DNA of 63,918 bases, filler included, from Hausera hauseri (Eukaryota), in the NCBI GenBank assembly GCA_046269625.1. It is 12 parts of 12 records of this genome, joined end to end, with 100 filler letters (N's around TTAATTAATTAA, not from the genome) between each part and the next. Parts side by side here need not be neighbours in the genome. Positions count along the whole stretch, not along the records: positions 54,664 to 59,780 come from JBJURY010330382.1; positions 59,881 to 63,918 come from JBJURY010802866.1; 10 more parts are not named here. The stretch is one strand, 5' to 3'. The translations under genes and the position numbers were made by a program. This document shows positions 58,451-63,918 of the stretch, one piece after another. The notes beneath the pieces are model-generated. The model did not search any database. It saw only the letters and a list, made by a program, of their open reading frames with translations, and was not told the DNA's origin. Numbering within the stretch: the stretch's first letter is position 1; every line of letters starts with the position of its first letter.

Positions 58451-60028
58451 TCAGAAAGACAAAGATTTTGAAAAATTGTAACAGCAATATCAAGACATTA
58501 AAGAATTGACTGTGTCCTGTTTGTATGGACCGGGTACGAAACATGGTATTCATGTGCAGTCACTGTAGCTGCCAGCTGTGTGGAGATCGTCTTGAAACGT
58601 GATAGTTCAAAACTATACTCTCCAAAGTATGTAGCACGTGATGAACACTACATATACGAAGTCTGGTCAGTGCCGAAAATGGAATTAGCATTAATGAACT
58701 GCTAAAAGTACACATTTTCGATAGCAAACAATATACATAGATTATTATTTCCATAACTGTATTAACAGTTATATCCTACCTCCCGATTTTCTCTACAATT
58801 CAGATTTGATGGAATTCCCATTTTATTCCGTTTATTGTACATTTTCCCTATCTGCTGTTGTGGATCCATTGATTATTTTTATCACGAGAGGAGACATAAG
58901 AAAATATATTTACTCTGTTTAACTGACACAGATTTTTGTCCAATCTGCCATTGGAACTAAATGCTCCTTTGTTACACATGATTATGTAATAACCCATGGA
59001 GATTATCGATCGAAATTTGATGCGTTATGTAACACAATTTTGTTGAGACTTAACATTCAGAATGAATATTTTGTTCAGCCCAATCTACTTAGCCAATCTA
59101 AAACATCTGGAACAAAATGAAATCTACTTATCGTAAATTCAACTACTATCGAAGTGTCTAAAAAGAAAATAAAATTTCAATATTGACTGAACAATTTACC
59201 CAATTCTTAAATGAGTTCTAATTGATTAAAATATTGTATAAATGAATTTTTATTTATTTTCAATTAGTCTTAATTCATCTTGAAAATTTTAATGTCATCT
59301 GCTATGTTTTGAAATAATATATATATAGTCGTATCTTTCATTTACTCTGAACATTCTTTTTCTCATCGTGTTATTTGATCGAAACCATATGACAAATATG
59401 AATGGGTGTAAGTATTTTTGGTTGTTATTTGTTATTTCTTTTATTGATCGTTCTATCGTATTTTTAAACTAATTATATTCTGTCTATTTGACTATCTGTG
59501 TTTTTCTTTTATTTATTTTCGATTGTTTATATTTTAAAGTAATTAAAAGTATTTTACGGTATTGAAATAAGCTTAACCAACTTTATTTAAGGGCCCTATT
59601 TGGTATACCGTCCCTTCAGGACGGTTGTTAAAATCATCACAAATAAGGGGGAGTAACGTCGGTGTGCCTCCCGACCGAACTCACACAGTAAGACCAAGTA
59701 ATCAGACATAACTTCGGCAGACCCACAGGCTGCCGAATACCTTGATCAAGTAAGTAGAACTTGGGACAAGGAGAGGGCCCNNNNNNNNNNNNNNNNNNNN
59801 NNNNNNNNNNNNNNNNNNNNNNNNTTAATTAATTAANNNNNNNNNNNNNNNNNNNNNNNNNNNNNNNNNNNNNNNNNNNNTGTGCCGGCTGATACAGTTA
59901 GATGTGTGAAAGGCTTTGCTGCAAAAATGCAGAGCTTGCAGCTCCAAAAGGATACAGTAATAACAAAATGACTTTTATACCACACAGAAATTGTTTGTAA
60001 TTCTATTGACAATTACTTTTTACAACAG

Positions 60029-60285
60029 TGCAAGCGACAACTTTGATCAGACCTACCCAACAAACGTTGTGATAGCCAATGACGGCTCCTGCCTCTGGGT
60101 GCCCCCTGGGATGTTTAAAAGCACGTGCGCTATTGATATCACGTGGTTTCCCTTCGATGACCAAAAGTGTGACTTGAAGTTCGGATCCTGGACGCATGAA
60201 GGCCGTCTGCTGAACTTGTCCCAGGATAAACCGGAAGGCGGGGATGTCACGGGTTTCATTAGGAACGGAGAGTGGATGCTCATTG
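60029..60285 (+). CDS. Nicotinic acetylcholine receptor subunit (alpha7-like) extracellular-domain exon
   Basis: CAG|T...G|GTAGGT exon encoding ASDNFDQTYPTNVV..DGSCLWVPPGMFKSTCAIDITWFPFDDQKCDLKFGSWT...FIRNGEWMLI (Cys-loop). Confidence 0.92.
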
Positions 60286-60370
60286 GTAGGTATGAATTAA
60301 TTTGTGAAACGAATGTATTTAGAACTGCACTCTTCTATATCTCTGCTGCCTCGCTCTACTATCATAAGGG

Positions 60371-60442
60371 AGCTCAGTGGTCTCGAGGTAAGCTGCCCCC
60401 TTTGGGGGCCAGAGGTCCGATGTACAAATCTCGGTGAAAACA
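60371..60442 (+). mobile_element. tRNA-Pro-derived SINE head or tRNA pseudogene
   Basis: AGCTCAGTGGTCTCGAGGTAAG...CTTTGGGGGCCAGAGGTCCGATGTACAAATCTCGG follows tRNA-Pro(TGG), but the B box and stems are damaged. Confidence 0.55.
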
Positions 60443-63074
60443 CTTTTTCTCTAGTAAACATTTCTCCATGATCTCATGATAGCAAAAGATTAGGCGTCCC
60501 TTTACACCGTTGCAAAATAAATGTTGAAGGAACAAAACTTAAGTAAGTGAATACGTTTAAATGTTTGGGAACAATAACAACAGCAAATGGAAGATGCAAT
60601 ACTGTGGTGAAAAGCAGGATAGCCCAGGCTAAAGCAAGTAATACGTTCTGACACTAAAAAATAGGAAGAAGGCCCTATAGACCTATACTATACCATACTT
60701 TTTTTTTGGTAGCAAATCATGGAAAATTAATAAAGAATTACAAAAACAATTATAGCCCACAGAGATGTGGTTCCTAAGACGAATGATGACACTTTAATGG
60801 ACATTGACAAGGTTAAAACAAATACGTTTTGGAAAAAAAAACTCATAAGAAAAGAAAAATAATTACATTTTCCCGACTGAAACGGCATTAATCTGATCAC
60901 ATACCCAATTACGTGCCGTTGGTCAATGAATATTGCGGACACTGACTTCACGTTCCCTTATACGTCTTTAAGGCGTGAGTGAGTCCAATTTACTTTATGC
61001 GTTTTATTTTTCATAGCAAGTAACAACGAACAAGAGCACATTGTTAACAATAACAATACTGAAAAAAATTAACACCTTATCTGGAAGCTTAAGTAAAGAA
61101 AGGCAATAAGTTGCGAAAATATGTTATGAATCTGTAGAACGGTTTGAAATATAGCACCAAATTATTGCTTCATTTCAATAAGGGCACTTTTAAATAATAC
61201 AAAAGCAACAGGAAGCAGAACACGCTTCCATTCACAATGCTTCTCTGATAATTTCTGACAGCCTCTATGACCACAGATGGAAGATGCATTGTCGATGTTC
61301 ACATCACCGAGCGTCAGCTCTTCTAGATGAGCCCTAAGAAGGATTATGGTGAAGGATAACCGAGCTTTCCTGCTGTCCCGGTGGTGTCTAGGAGGTGGAC
61401 CGAGGCCCACCAGGCCTTAGTGCAATGCTTGGCCTCCTAGAAGTGATTCACCACTCAACCGGGGACCATCTCAACCCTCCGCCCGCTAGCCGACATGTTT
61501 CCCTACCGTTGTCCGGAGACACGACTTGGACATGGTCAGAGGATCTTGGCTGACCATTATTCATCAACCCTGGCAGTGTGTATCAGGGCCGGATATGGGT
61601 CGTCGCCCACACAGCACCTCCATATACTATGACCACTGAAAACACATTTTTGACGATACGATATGTTATCATGCGTTATGTTAGAAACACATGAGTGATT
61701 AAAACTGAAATGTTAGCCACGAAACAAACCAATATACATGTCTTCTTTTTGTCCACAGGCAAGGGTCAAGGTGCAGATAAACGCCCGCCATGACGGAACA
61801 TTTTGTTGGCAAAGTGACCACTTCACGAAAATTGAAGCTAGCCTTTTCATAATGAATGCTGCAGGACACAGCGAATCTTAAACTTAGTGGCTTTACATTA
61901 ACACGTCACACACGTAAGTGTTGAAGTATCTGCCTTAACTGAATGTTACAGTCATTTCTAAGTGTCTGTTTAAACGGAATATTACGCCACTTCTAAGCGT
62001 ACCATAAAAGTCTATTTAGCTCGTCTTTGATAGTTTTAGTGTCAGAGAATGATCAAAAAAGAATGTTCTGATGAAATAAGGATTCACAAGAAAAAGGAGT
62101 GGGGGCAATATCAACAGCGATAAAGAGGGTGTCGTTGTATGGAAAATTCGTTGAGGAAGGCAAAAGATTTTGATGCCACTGATAGCATTACAATGGACCC
62201 CACAGGATCGGAGAGGACCAGGGTGACTCAGAAGAAGTAATGCAACAAAAGTATTATCAACAGGGGTCTGACCTGGTGCAACAAATGAAAAAAAGCAAAC
62301 AATTGATTGTTGTACAAGTCTTTCCTCAATATCATTCTCGTGTGGTATGGACACTCAAGGCAGAGAAAAATAAAGAAATAGAGAAATAAATCGTCAGCGT
62401 ATCACTTTGAATAATGTTTGGATGTAATTTTGGCTCCAGTATTAGTAATGTTGCTTCTCATACAGCAAGGGACATAACCAACTCATCCTTGAAAGAAGTC
62501 AGAGTGCACGCGGTGACTTTGTCTTCTTTAACAACGCTGTTTTAGTTTGTTGTAAGATGCCTCACAGTCATGTGCTGTTATTGTTGTTAATTTTTAATAG
62601 TTGTTTATTTGGCGGCGAAGACTGCTTTTGGTTGTGGCAGCGACCAATAGCCATCTCCCTATCACAGAACCATGACCAATGCTTGAGGTTAGCGCAGACC
62701 TCTCCCCTACCTCTCCATTTTGACTCTCGGGCAACGGGAGAGAAACCTACCAGTTAGCAGGGAAACGATTAGGACAATCATTGGAAAAGTGTCTTCAAGT
62801 AAGTCACACATGTGGCCCACCGTCTACACTTCCATATAACCCACCTGAAGGTAGTAAGACCTTGCTACCTCTATCAGCCAATCCAATCCAGAGGCTGTAA
62901 AAAGTATCCATTTGGAAAAGACTAAATCGACGTGGAACTGACAAGATCAACAAACATATATACACTTATATTGATTATTGAACACATATGGATCACATCA
63001 ACTCAACAACGAGTTCGAACATTGTGATGTGGTGCTACAAGTGTTTAACCTATGATAAGTGAAGCAATCGTTTC

Positions 63075-63410
63075 TCTAATCATCATCATCAGGTGACACG
63101 CTGTGAAGCGTAGGTCGTCATAGGTCTCTCGCGATTCCTAGTGACTCAATCATCTCTGCTGTTGTGTTACTTCCGAGCCATTCACGCAAACCATCATTCA
63201 CTCTCTGTCGCCTACTGCTTCTATTTCCTGGTATTTTGCCTGTGATGACCAAGTTCTCCAGATCTTCTCTTCTTAAAATATGGCCAATCAAAGACGCTTG
63301 TCTCTTTATGATCTTATTGATAAGCATTCTTTCTGTATTGGCTTCATGTAAAATCTCTTCATTTGTTCTCTTTGCTTACTCAATGTCAAAGATTTGCAGC
63401 CATTCCTTAG
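63075..63410 (-). mobile_element. 3' end of an RTE-type LINE
   Basis: KRQASLIGHILRREDLENLVITGKIPGNRSSRRQR is the typical RTE C-terminus. It is followed by a (TGA)n tail at ~63078-63091. Confidence 0.8.
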
Positions 63411-63670
63411 TATGGGTTCGATATAACACTGCAGGACTCTCTTTCCTTACATTATGTTATCGTTTAAAAATATGAATCAGCAAAAAGTATTATTAAAATC
63501 ATGAGTAGACAAAACACAAAAACATTGAAATTATGCTTATTATCTGTTTAAGTTGCCCAGACTGCGATTCTTGATCATCGGTTATCTTTCTGTGTTAAAT
63601 TTCCTTCACATTCTCCAAAGAAATCAACACGAATGGAAACAGTAACTCCACTGAAATATAAAATGTTTAC

Positions 63671-63766
63671 CTTGATCTCCTGTGTCGGTCTCGTGATCTT
63701 GAGCGTCTTCTCCTATCTCTATCCCTTGACCGAGACCTCGAGCGTCTAGACCGCCTGCGCGGTGAC
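63671..63766 (-). CDS. Exon of an RS-domain (SR-related) protein
   Basis: 96-nt exon between TTTACAG and GTAAAC encoding SPRRRSRRSRSRSRDRDRRRRSRSRDRHRRS. Confidence 0.75.
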
Positions 63767-63918
63767 CTGTAAACAAAAATGTGCAAGTGTTGTTCGAAGG
63801 TAAAAGCTAATCAAACATTTATATACAAACAATTTTACTGTCTTAGTGGTCATAATACTGATAAGAGACTGTCACAACTGTTGATCGTTTGCTTTTCTTT
63901 CCTTCTGGCTTTACTCCA

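Noticed and set aside
4836-59880. Recurrent TTAATTAATTAA in N-runs as a biological repeat, and ORFs ending in XXX-LIN
   Set aside because: These are artificial linkers. ORFs crossing them and gene neighbourhoods across them are meaningless.
60371-60442. Functional tRNA-Pro gene
   Set aside because: The T-loop/B box (GTACAAATC) and stems are disrupted.

Overview
This window is not one locus. It is 12 unrelated contigs (1-4835, 4936-10584, 10685-16575, 16676-22677, 22778-30054, 30155-36420, 36521-40730, 40831-44880, 44981-49930, 50031-54563, 54664-59780, 59881-63918), joined by 100-nt artificial linkers (N44-TTAATTAATTAA-N44, stops in all six frames). Most of it is animal genomic DNA rich in mobile elements: decayed hAT(m)-like and pogo-like transposases, two CsRN1-type Ty3/Gypsy elements (one nearly intact, with a -1 frameshift signal and a PBS-like repeat array), a gag-only LTR element, and five decayed protein-primed DNA polymerase B (Polinton/adintovirus-like) gene pieces. 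Host genes recognised are PUM3 (3' exons), one BANP exon, one alpha7-like nAChR exon, an RS-domain exon and a PH-domain ORF. One contig joins a GC-rich phage-like operon to fish-like DNA. The best candidate for an undescribed system is in contig 5. There, between pPolB pieces, a frameshifted, minimal, intronless TATA-binding-protein (TBP)-like gene (27005-27441) sits among small TATA-box-led genes, suggesting an endogenous pPolB virus or element that carries its own TBP. All family assignments come from recognising motifs by eye; no database searches were run.
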